From: Bacteroides faecium | Lineage (GTDB): Bacteria > Bacteroidota > Bacteroidia > Bacteroidales > Bacteroidaceae | DNA: 40,000 bases | Direction: 5' to 3' | NCBI RefSeq assembly: GCF_012113595.1 | Contig: NZ_CP050831.1 | Coordinates: 4,173,504 to 4,213,503, forward strand | Shown: in pieces, positions 10,386-18,134 of the stretch | How positions within the stretch are numbered: the stretch's first letter is position 1 | Layout: the number at the start of each line of letters is the position of its first letter | Notes under the pieces: model-generated | Database searches by the model: none | Seen by the model: the letters and a program-made list of their open reading frames with translations, nothing else | What the model was told of the DNA's origin: nothing | Program-made: the position numbers and the translations under genes

Positions 10386-10513
10386 TCTTACAATAACTTC
10401 TTTAAAAAAACAAATGTATCGCTATACATACTTTCACTTCGCAAAAATAGCCATATTTTTTCTAAGAAGCAAATAAAATGTAAGGTCTTTATTGGAGACT
10501 CAAAATATTATCG

Positions 10514-10521
10514 TATCTTTG
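10514..10521 (+). promoter_or_regulatory. -7 promoter box TATCTTTG for the HU-like gene
   Basis: Exact TAnnTTTG match 47 nt upstream of ATG 10568. Confidence 0.5.
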
Positions 10522-10567
10522 TCATCGGAGTTGCAAGTGAGCAATTTCATTTAATATATTATGCGCT

Positions 10568-11041
10568 ATGAGCGTTAAATATAGGAAAAGAAAAATCGTA
10601 CTTCAATTCGACAAGGAAAATCCGTTGTCAAAGTACGTTGCTACTAATGTAGTTATTGGTAGTATCGGTTACAACAAACTCTGTGATGAAGTAAACCAGC
10701 GTACTGGGATGCATCGGGGCATAGTAGATGTTGTATTAAAGGGTGTTCAAGACACTATGATTTCTTTTTTAGAAGAAGGCTTTTCGGTGAAGTTGGGAGA
10801 GTTCGGTTCATTCCGTCCGTCCATTCAAGCCAAAAGCCAGGATAAAGAAGAAGATGTAGACTCGGACACAATATCCAGAGTAAAGATTGTTTTTACTCCG
10901 GGAAACAAATTCCAGCAGATGCTGGGTGGAGTGAGTAAAGAATCTTTCTCTAATACGTCGAAAGATGGAGGGGAAGACAAAGGGAAACCCGATAATCCGG
11001 GTGGTGGCTCCGAAGGTGAAACACCGGACCCTTCTGTTTGA
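10568..11041 (+). CDS. HU-family DNA-binding protein with acidic Gly/Pro-rich tail (HU-HIG-like)
   Basis: 157-aa ORF. The HU-like core is LCDEVNQRTGMHRGIVDVVLKGVQDTMISFLEEGFSVKLGEFGSFRPSIQAK...VKIVFTPG. The tail is GGEDKGKPDNPGGGSEGETPDPSV. Confidence 0.75.
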   Translation: MSVKYRKRKIVLQFDKENPLSKYVATNVVIGSIGYNKLCDEVNQRTGMHRGIVDVVLKGVQDTMISFLEEGFSVKLGEFGSFRPSIQAKSQDKEEDVDSDTISRVKIVFTPGNKFQQMLGGVSKESFSNTSKDGGEDKGKPDNPGGGSEGETPDPSV

Positions 11042-11068
11042 TCTTTTTTATTTATTTTAAGCTAAACG

Positions 11069-11104
11069 AATGAGGGAAACTGGAAAGCTTCCCTCATTTT
11101 TTTT
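11069..11104 (+). terminator. Rho-independent terminator of the HU-like gene
   Basis: aatgagggaa / 10-nt loop / ttccctcatt: a perfect 10-bp stem followed by a run of eight T. Confidence 0.8.
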
Positions 11105-11133
11105 GTCATATTCGTCCGAAACCTTCCAAATCG

Positions 11134-11191
11134 CCGTTGGGCAACGGTGAATTCACGGTTGCCCAACGGTAAATTTGCCGTTGCCCAACGA
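11134..11191. repeat. Three 14-bp palindromic units at an exact 22-bp period (first unit flipped)
   Basis: The units are ccgttgGGcaacgg (11134), cggttgCCcaacgg (11156) and ccgttgCCcaacga (11178). Units 1 and 2 form a near-perfect 15-bp inverted repeat around tGAATTCa. Confidence 0.75.
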
Positions 11192-11236
11192 TGATTTTAT
11201 GGATAATGGCTATTTATTATCAAAATTGATGACATA

Positions 11237-11280
11237 ATATCTCTTGTTGGCTTTTAATGATATGTGTAGAATATTAACCG
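11237..11280 (+). repeat. 44-bp direct repeat, copy 1 (upstream of the AAA-ATPase-like gene)
   Basis: atatctcttgttggcttttaatgatatgtgtagaatattaaccg matches 12990..13033 at 37 of 44 positions with no gaps. Confidence 0.75.
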
Positions 11281-11376
11281 ATTAATCTGTGAGGTTTCTA
11301 TGAGAAAATTGTAGGATATAAATTGCGGAGAATAATCTTTTAACTTGCCATGATAAAGAGTTCTATTAAAAATATA

Positions 11377-11384
11377 TATCTTTG
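11377..11384 (+). promoter_or_regulatory. -7 promoter box TATCTTTG for the AAA-ATPase-like gene
   Basis: Exact TAnnTTTG match 34 nt upstream of ATG 11418. Confidence 0.5.
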
Positions 11385-11417
11385 CGAGACAGATGTTGAT
11401 TTATAAAGGAAGCGAAT

Positions 11418-12974
11418 ATGAGCAATAAAATATATCCTATCGGTATTCAGAATTTTGAAAAGATTCGTAATGACGGTTATTTCTATATTGATAAAACCGC
11501 CTTGATATACCAAATGGTCAAGACGGGAAGTTATTATTTCTTGAGTCGTCCGCGCCGTTTCGGAAAGAGTCTGCTCATCTCTACCTTAGAAGCCTACTTT
11601 CAAGGAAAAAAGGACTTGTTTGAAGGATTAGCAATAGAAAAGTTGGAAAAGGACTGGATTAAATATCCTATATTGCATCTGGATCTTAATATCGAGAAAT
11701 ATGATACACTGGAAAGTTTGGATAAGATATTGAATGATAATCTGGAATATTGGGAAAGCCAATACGGCAGCCGTCCGTCCGAGACTTCTTTTTCTCTACG
11801 TTTTGCAGGTATCATTCAGCGTGCTTGCGAGAAGACGGGACAGCGGGTAGTTATTTTGGTTGATGAATATGACAAGCCTATGCTGCAAGCTATAGGTAAT
11901 GAGGAATTACAGAAACAATTCCGAAATACCCTGAAACCATTCTATGGAGCTTTGAAGACTAAGGACGGTTGTATCAAGTTTGCCCTTCTCACTGGTGTGA
12001 CAAAGTTTGGCAAAGTCAGTGTATTCAGTGATTTGAATAATCTGGATGATATTTCAATGTGGAATGAGTACATCGAAATATGTGGTGTCAGCGAGCGTGA
12101 AATTCACGAAAATCTGGAAACGGAACTTCATGAATTTGCCGCAGCACGAGGAATAACGTATGACAAACTTTGTGAAGAACTGAGAGAGTGCTATGACGGC
12201 TATCACTTTACGCACAATTCAATCGGCATGTACAATCCGTTTAGTCTGCTTAACGCTTTCAAACGTAAGGAGTTCGGCAGTTATTGGTTTGAGACGGGTA
12301 CGCCTACCTATTTAGTGAAGTTACTGAAAAAACATCATTATGACCTGGAACGGATGGCGCATGAAGAAACCGATGCCCAGGTCTTGAACAGCATAGACTC
12401 TGAATCCACCAATCCCATTCCGGTGATTTATCAGAGCGGCTACCTCACTATTAAGGGATATGATGAACGTTTTGGCATGTATCGTTTAGGTTTTCCCAAC
12501 CGTGAAGTGGAAGAGGGTTTTATTCGTTTTCTGCTTCCTTTTTATGCGAATGTAAATAAGGTAGAGTCCCCGTTTGAGATTCAGAAGTTTGTCCGTGAAG
12601 TGGAATCGGGAGATTATAATTCTTTCTTTCGTCGCTTGCAGAGTTTCTTTGCGGATACCACTTACGAAGTGATCCGCGACCAGGAATTGCATTACGAAAA
12701 CGTGCTTTTCATCGTTTTCAAACTGGTCGGTTTCTATGTTAATGTGGAATATAACACGAATGACGGGCGCATCGACCTTGTCTTGCAGACTGATAAGTTC
12801 ATCTATATAATGGAATTTAAACTGAACGGTACGGCGGAAGATGCTTTGCAGCAGATTAACGACAAGCATTACGCCCTTCCTTTCGAAATGGACGGACGAA
12901 AACTCTTTAAAATCGGCGTAAACTTCAGTGCGGAAACCCGTAATATCGAGAAATGGATAGTGGAAGAAAAATAG
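11418..12974 (+). CDS. AAA-ATPase-like / PD-(D/E)XK nuclease family protein (AAA-ATPase_like plus PDDEXK_9 architecture)
   Basis: 518-aa ORF. The N-terminus is the family hallmark: YPIGIQNFEKIRNDGYFYIDKTALIYQMVKTGSYYFLSRPRRFGKSLLISTLEAYF. A Walker-B-like VILVDEYDKP is present. The C-terminal nuclease-like core is GRIDLVLQTDKFIYIMEFK. Confidence 0.85.
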   Translation: MSNKIYPIGIQNFEKIRNDGYFYIDKTALIYQMVKTGSYYFLSRPRRFGKSLLISTLEAYFQGKKDLFEGLAIEKLEKDWIKYPILHLDLNIEKYDTLESLDKILNDNLEYWESQYGSRPSETSFSLRFAGIIQRACEKTGQRVVILVDEYDKPMLQAIGNEELQKQFRNTLKPFYGALKTKDGCIKFALLTGVTKFGKVSVFSDLNNLDDISMWNEYIEICGVSEREIHENLETELHEFAAARGITYDKLCEELRECYDGYHFTHNSIGMYNPFSLLNAFKRKEFGSYWFETGTPTYLVKLLKKHHYDLERMAHEETDAQVLNSIDSESTNPIPVIYQSGYLTIKGYDERFGMYRLGFPNREVEEGFIRFLLPFYANVNKVESPFEIQKFVREVESGDYNSFFRRLQSFFADTTYEVIRDQELHYENVLFIVFKLVGFYVNVEYNTNDGRIDLVLQTDKFIYIMEFKLNGTAEDALQQINDKHYALPFEMDGRKLFKIGVNFSAETRNIEKWIVEEK

Positions 12975-12989
12975 ATAGTATAAAGTACC

Positions 12990-13033
12990 ATATCTTTTGT
13001 TAGCATTTAATGACATGTGCGGAATATTAACTG
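12990..13033 (+). repeat. 44-bp direct repeat, copy 2 (immediately downstream of the AAA-ATPase-like gene)
   Basis: atatcttttgttagcatttaatgacatgtgcggaatattaactg starts 16 nt after the stop codon and is 37/44 identical to copy 1. Confidence 0.75.
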
Positions 13034-13165
13034 CTTTGTATTTCTTGTGTCGGAAATAAAAGTTCACCGCCTACTTTCATAATTCGGAAAAAAGTGCGAA
13101 ATTTGCAACGCTTTTCAAGTTTGACAAGAAACTTACTAACACCTTTAAATAAAAAATTAAAGAAA

Positions 13166-14812
13166 ATGACTAAAAGTGCATTGCAAATCGCAAGGGCTGC
13201 TTATCAGCCCAAACTTCCGAAAGCATTGGCATCAGGAGCCGTTAAAGCTGTAGCGGGTGCTGCTACACAGTCCGTTGCCGATCAGGAAGCTATCAAAGCA
13301 TTATTCCCTAACACGTACGGAATGCCGTTAATTACATTCGAAGCCGGTGAAGCTGTTGCTCTTCCTGCTATGAATGTGGGTGTAATCCTTTCAGGCGGAC
13401 AAGCTCCCGGTGGACACAATGTAATCTCCGGTTTGTTCGACGGTATCAAGAAACTGAATCCGGAAAACAAATTATTTGGTTTCATCCTGGGTCCTGGCGG
13501 TCTGGTAGACCATAACTATATGGAACTGACTGCTGACATCATCGACGAATATCGTAATACAGGCGGTTTCGACATCATCGGTTCGGGACGTACGAAACTG
13601 GAAGCTGAAAGCCAATTCGAAAAAGGTCTTGAAATCATCAAGGAACTGGGCATCAAGGCATTGGTTATCATTGGTGGTGATGACTCCAACACAAATGCTT
13701 GTGTATTGGCTGAATACTATGCTGCCAAGAAGTATGGTGTACAGGTAATCGGTTGCCCGAAGACTATCGACGGTGACTTGAAGAACGATATGATTGAAAC
13801 TTCTTTCGGTTTCGATACAGCTTGTAAGACTTACGCAGAAGTAATCGGTAACATCCAACGTGACTGTAACTCTGCACGCAAATACTGGCACTTCATCAAA
13901 TTGATGGGTCGTTCGGCTTCTCACATCGCTCTGGAATGTGCTTTGCAGGTACAGCCTAACGTTTGTATCATCTCTGAAGAAGTGGAAACAAAAGATATGT
14001 CTTTGGATGATGTAGTAACATACATCGCTAAAGTGGTAGCAGACCGTGCCGCACAGGGACACAACTTCGGTACAGTGTTGATTCCTGAAGGATTGGTAGA
14101 ATTCATCCCGGCTATGAAACGCCTGATTGCTGAATTGAATGACTTCCTGGCTGCTAACGCGGAAGAATTCGCTCAAATCAAGAAGTCTCACCAACGTGAT
14201 TATATCATCCGCAAACTTTCTCCGGAAAACTCTGCTATCTATGCAAGTCTGCCGGAAGGTGTTGCCCGTCAGTTGACGTTGGATCGTGACCCGCACGGAA
14301 ACGTACAGGTATCACTGATTGAAACTGAAAAACTGTTGTCTGAAATGGTAGCTACCAAGTTGGCTACATGGAAAGAAGAAGGCAAGTATGTAGGTAAGTT
14401 TGCTGCACAGCACCACTTCTTCGGTTACGAAGGACGTTGCGCTGCTCCGTCAAACTTCGATGCTGACTACTGCTACTCTTTGGGTTACACAGCTTCTATG
14501 TTGATTGCTAACGGCAAGACTGGTTATATGTCTTCTGTACGCAACACAACTGCTCCTGCTGCCGAATGGATTGCAGGTGGTGTGCCTATCACAATGATGA
14601 TGAACATGGAACGTCGCCACGGTGAAATGAAACCCGTTATCCAGAAAGCATTGGTGAAACTGGACGGTGCTCCTTTCAAGGCATTCGCTGCACAACGTGA
14701 CCGTTGGGCTGTTGAAACGGATTATGTATATCCGGGTCCGATTCAGTACTTTGGTCCTACAGAAGTTTGCGACCAGGCAACCAAGACTTTGCAGCTGGAA
14801 CAAGCTAAATAA
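13166..14812 (+). CDS. pfp: Diphosphate--fructose-6-phosphate 1-phosphotransferase (PPi-dependent phosphofructokinase)
   Basis: PFK fold with PPi-type signatures: [11 protein letters not shown] (GGDDS rather than GGDGS) and [10 protein letters not shown]. The start is placed at MTKSALQ (ATG 13166); the track start at 13094 is a GTG-initiated extension. Confidence 0.9.
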   Translation: MTKSALQIARAAYQPKLPKALASGAVKAVAGAATQSVADQEAIKALFPNTYGMPLITFEAGEAVALPAMNVGVILSGGQAPGGHNVISGLFDGIKKLNPENKLFGFILGPGGLVDHNYMELTADIIDEYRNTGGFDIIGSGRTKLEAESQFEKGLEIIKELGIKALVIIGGDDSNTNACVLAEYYAAKKYGVQVIGCPKTIDGDLKNDMIETSFGFDTACKTYAEVIGNIQRDCNSARKYWHFIKLMGRSASHIALECALQVQPNVCIISEEVETKDMSLDDVVTYIAKVVADRAAQGHNFGTVLIPEGLVEFIPAMKRLIAELNDFLAANAEEFAQIKKSHQRDYIIRKLSPENSAIYASLPEGVARQLTLDRDPHGNVQVSLIETEKLLSEMVATKLATWKEEGKYVGKFAAQHHFFGYEGRCAAPSNFDADYCYSLGYTASMLIANGKTGYMSSVRNTTAPAAEWIAGGVPITMMMNMERRHGEMKPVIQKALVKLDGAPFKAFAAQRDRWAVETDYVYPGPIQYFGPTEVCDQATKTLQLEQAK

Positions 14813-14861
14813 ATATACTTCAGAGCGGTTGTGATACCACAGTTGCAATGAAAGTTTTTTC

Positions 14862-14940
14862 AGGCACGGATTACGCGGATTAACACGGTTTTTAGTTATC
14901 CTATTTCTTATAAACCGTGTATTCCGTGTAATCCGTGCCT
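14862..14940. repeat. Long imperfect hairpin built from CGGATTA-type words (REP-like intergenic element, possible terminator)
   Basis: aggcacggattacgcggattaacacggttt (14862..14891) pairs with aaaccgtgtattccgtgtaatccgtgcct (14912..14940), giving about 27 paired positions and a 20-nt loop. It lies 50 nt after the pfp stop. Confidence 0.7.
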
Positions 14941-14968
14941 ATCTCTAAATATTTATCATTTGAAGTAA

Positions 14969-15862
14969 ATGCCGCCACGCAACAACCCGATGTCTGCCGT
15001 ACAGAAGAAAAAAACTGTTTCCACTACCCGAAAGAAAGGAACGGCTTCTTCTTCCAAATCTCCCCGTACCCCGAAAAAGGTACAGGCGAAGCATAGTCAT
15101 ATTATGCCTGTTTGGCTTCGCAATATCCTGGCAGTGATGATTGTCGGTTGTTTCTCCATTGCTTTTTATTATTTCTTTATCCGTCCTTATGCTTACCGTT
15201 GGAAACCTTGTCACGGCTTAAAAGAATATGGCGTCTGTATTCCGGCAGGATATGATATTCACGGAATTGATATTTCCCATTATCAAGGAAAAATAGACTG
15301 GCCGAAACTCCGGCAGAACAAAGAAACGGTGACTCCTTTGCACTTCATCTTTATGAAGGCCACGGAAGGCGGGGACCATGGCGATACTACTTTCTCGGCT
15401 AACTTTGCCAATGCCCGTAATCACGGATTTATCCGGGGTGCCTATCATTTTTATATTCCGAGTACGGACGCTTTGAAACAAGCCGACTTTTTTATCCGTA
15501 CTGTAAAGTTGGATACCGGCGATTTACCCCCTGTACTTGATGTGGAAGTGACCGGACGAAAAGAAAAAACAGAATTGCAGCAAGGCATCAAACGCTGGCT
15601 CGACCGTGTGGAATCTCATTACGGGGTGAAGCCGATTCTTTATACCTCCTATAAATTTAAGACACGTTATCTGGACGATTCCATTTTCAACGCATATCCT
15701 TACTGGATTGCCCATTACTATGTTGACTCCGTGAGGTATCAGGGCAAATGGGACTTCTGGCAACATACGGATGTAGGAAATGTGCCCGGAATCAAGGAAG
15801 ACGTAGACCTGAATGTATTTAACGGCACATTGGAAGACCTGAGAAAGCTGACAATTAAATAA
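14969..15862 (+). CDS. GH25 family lysozyme (muramidase) with basic N-terminus and a TM anchor
   Basis: 297-aa ORF. GH25 motifs: HGIDISHYQGKIDW, FIFMKATEGGDHGD, GAYHFY and LPPVLDVE. The N-terminal region is K/R-rich and followed by the hydrophobic segment ILAVMIVGCFSIAFYYFFI. Confidence 0.85.
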   Translation: MPPRNNPMSAVQKKKTVSTTRKKGTASSSKSPRTPKKVQAKHSHIMPVWLRNILAVMIVGCFSIAFYYFFIRPYAYRWKPCHGLKEYGVCIPAGYDIHGIDISHYQGKIDWPKLRQNKETVTPLHFIFMKATEGGDHGDTTFSANFANARNHGFIRGAYHFYIPSTDALKQADFFIRTVKLDTGDLPPVLDVEVTGRKEKTELQQGIKRWLDRVESHYGVKPILYTSYKFKTRYLDDSIFNAYPYWIAHYYVDSVRYQGKWDFWQHTDVGNVPGIKEDVDLNVFNGTLEDLRKLTIK

Positions 15863-15939
15863 CAGGTATTTCCTTTCCAAACAACTTATCTCTTCTCTTA
15901 TTTGTTATAATCGTATTATTACTTAAAAAAAATACGATT

Positions 15940-17283
15940 ATGAACTTTGATATAGCTATTATTGGCGGCGGCCCTGCCGGTTATACAGCCGCCGAAAGGG
16001 CAGGGGCAAACGGATTGAAAGCCGTTCTTTTCGAGAAGAAAGCAATAGGTGGAGTATGTCTCAACGAAGGATGTATCCCTACTAAAACTTTGTTATATTC
16101 TGCTAAAATACTGGATAGCATAAAGACTGCTTCCAAATATGGCGTTTCCGCCGAATCTCCTTCTTTCGATTTATCCAAAATCATGAACCGTAAAGATAAG
16201 ACAGTGAAAATGCTGACAGGGGGTGTGAAGATGACTGTAAACTCTTATGGGGTGACAATCGTAGAGAAAGAAGCATTCATAGAAGGAGAGAAAGACGGAT
16301 TGATTCGCATCACTTGTGACGGCGAGACTTACTTCGCCAGATATCTGCTGGTCTGTACAGGTTCAGATACGGTGATTCCCCCGATACCGGGATTGTCGGA
16401 TGTCAGTTACTGGACTTCTAAAGAAGCATTGGAAATAAAGGAACTTCCCCAAACGCTAGTTATCATTGGCGGCGGAGTAATCGGGATGGAATTTGCCTCT
16501 TTCTTCAACAGCATGGGCGTAAAGGTACATGTTGTGGAAATGATGCCCGAGATTTTGGGAGCAATGGATAAGGAAACGAGTGGTATGCTCCGTACCGAAT
16601 ACGCCAAACGGGGAGTTACTTTCTACCTGAATACGAAAGTGGTGGAAGTGAAACCTGATGGAGTTGTGATAGAGAAAGACGGGAAAGCTTCTACTATTGA
16701 AGCGGAAAAGATATTACTTAGCGTAGGCCGTAAGGCAAATTTGTCCGGTGTAGGACTGGATAAACTAAACATTGAACTCCTGCGGAACGGAGTGAAAGTG
16801 GATGAATATCTACAAACTTCCCATCCCCATGTATATGCTTGCGGAGATATTACGGGATATTCCTTATTGGCGCATACCGCGATCCGCGAAGCGGAAGTTG
16901 CCATCAATCACATTTTGGGAGTCGAAGACCATATGAATTACAATTGTGTGCCGGGCGTAGTTTATACCAATCCCGAAGTTGCAGGAGTCGGAAAGACCGA
17001 AGAAGAACTGATAAAACTGGGACTTCCTTATCGTGTCTCTAAATTGCCTATGGCTTATTCAGGACGATTTGTAGCGGAGAATGAACAGGGCAACGGACTT
17101 TGCAAGCTGATTCAGGATGAAGAAGGAAAAATCATCGGTTGCCATATGTTGGGAAATCCTGCATCAGAACTCATTGTGATAGCCGGCATTGCCATTCAGA
17201 GAGGATATACGGTGGAAGAATTTCAAAAGACCGTATTCCCACATCCTACGGTTGGAGAGATTTATCACGAGATTATGTTTTAA
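15940..17283 (+). CDS. lpdA: Dihydrolipoyl dehydrogenase (E3)
   Basis: FAD-binding IIGGGPAGY, redox-active disulfide GGVCLNEGCIPTK, NAD-binding IIGGGVIGMEFA, and a C-terminal HPT..E dimerisation motif. Confidence 0.9.
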   Translation: MNFDIAIIGGGPAGYTAAERAGANGLKAVLFEKKAIGGVCLNEGCIPTKTLLYSAKILDSIKTASKYGVSAESPSFDLSKIMNRKDKTVKMLTGGVKMTVNSYGVTIVEKEAFIEGEKDGLIRITCDGETYFARYLLVCTGSDTVIPPIPGLSDVSYWTSKEALEIKELPQTLVIIGGGVIGMEFASFFNSMGVKVHVVEMMPEILGAMDKETSGMLRTEYAKRGVTFYLNTKVVEVKPDGVVIEKDGKASTIEAEKILLSVGRKANLSGVGLDKLNIELLRNGVKVDEYLQTSHPHVYACGDITGYSLLAHTAIREAEVAINHILGVEDHMNYNCVPGVVYTNPEVAGVGKTEEELIKLGLPYRVSKLPMAYSGRFVAENEQGNGLCKLIQDEEGKIIGCHMLGNPASELIVIAGIAIQRGYTVEEFQKTVFPHPTVGEIYHEIMF

Positions 17284-17302
17284 TTTTTATCCCGGCCAAT
17301 CT

Positions 17303-18025
17303 ATGATTCGATGTATATATAGTCCTTATACTGATATTTATTTTCACTTGGCGGCAGAAGAGTATTTGTTGAAGCAAGGAAACGATGACGTTTTTATGCT
17401 TTGGCAGGATACTCCCTCTGTAGTGATAGGTAAACATCAGCGTCTGCGGTCGGAAGTGGATACGGAGTGGGCGGAACAGGAACAGATACATATTGCCCGC
17501 CGTTTTTCGGGTGGGGGAACGGTGTATCATGATTTGGGTAATGTCAATCTGACTTTTATCGAAACGGCTCCGCGCCTGCCTGAGTTTATCACTTATCTTC
17601 AGCGGACATTGGACTTTTTGGCATCCATCGGTGTAATGGCAAAGGGGGATGAACGACTCGGTATCTATCTGGATGGAATAAAAATATCAGGAAGTGCACA
17701 ATGTGTACATAAAGCCAGGGTATTATATCATTGCACTTTGCTGTATGATACCAATCTTACGATGCTGAATAAGGTATTGAACCCGGAGCCGTTAGTTGAT
17801 GACGGAACTTTGTCTTCCGTATACGCCGTTCCGTCCGTTCGGAGTGAAGTGACCAATATTCGTAAGCACTTGTCGGTAGGGACTGTGGATGATTTTAAAG
17901 AAAATGCTTTTCAGTATTTCAGCAAATCGCAAAGGGTCAGTTCATTCAGTGGCGAAGAGATTGTGGCTATTAATCAGCTTCGGAAAGAAAAGTATATTCA
18001 GAAAGAGTGGATATATAATCGTTGA
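17303..18025 (+). CDS. lplA: Lipoate--protein ligase A family protein
   Basis: Motifs: YFHLAAEEYLL, VVIGKHQ, ARRFSGGGTVYHDLGN and KISGSAQ. The start is placed at MIRCIYS (ATG 17303), 20 nt after the lpdA stop. The track start at 17189 overlaps lpdA. Confidence 0.85.
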   Translation: MIRCIYSPYTDIYFHLAAEEYLLKQGNDDVFMLWQDTPSVVIGKHQRLRSEVDTEWAEQEQIHIARRFSGGGTVYHDLGNVNLTFIETAPRLPEFITYLQRTLDFLASIGVMAKGDERLGIYLDGIKISGSAQCVHKARVLYHCTLLYDTNLTMLNKVLNPEPLVDDGTLSSVYAVPSVRSEVTNIRKHLSVGTVDDFKENAFQYFSKSQRVSSFSGEEIVAINQLRKEKYIQKEWIYNR

Positions 18026-18134
18026 AATATAAGTTATGTTTATCAGCGTCCGGTTAAAAATACCTTAACATAAAACTTTCTATTTCAGCCCATTGTTCTA
18101 TTATATCAAGGTTGAATAAATAAATTTACTGTCT

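Noticed and set aside
10062-10571. Plus-strand ORFs at 10062..10307 and 10335..10571 in the divergent intergenic region.
   Set aside because: They cross the long hairpin element and the HU promoter box, and their translations are low-complexity and K/F-rich. They are probably non-coding.
13094-13165. Track N-terminal extensions using GTG/TTG or upstream ATG starts: 13094 (pfp), 17189 (lplA), 19483 (E1), 31974 (anti-sigma), 33559 (oxidoreductase) and 37027 (IPT/TIG protein).
   Set aside because: The extensions overlap upstream genes or promoter boxes, or add non-conserved residues ahead of a canonical family N-terminus or lipoprotein signal. The shorter ATG starts were chosen.
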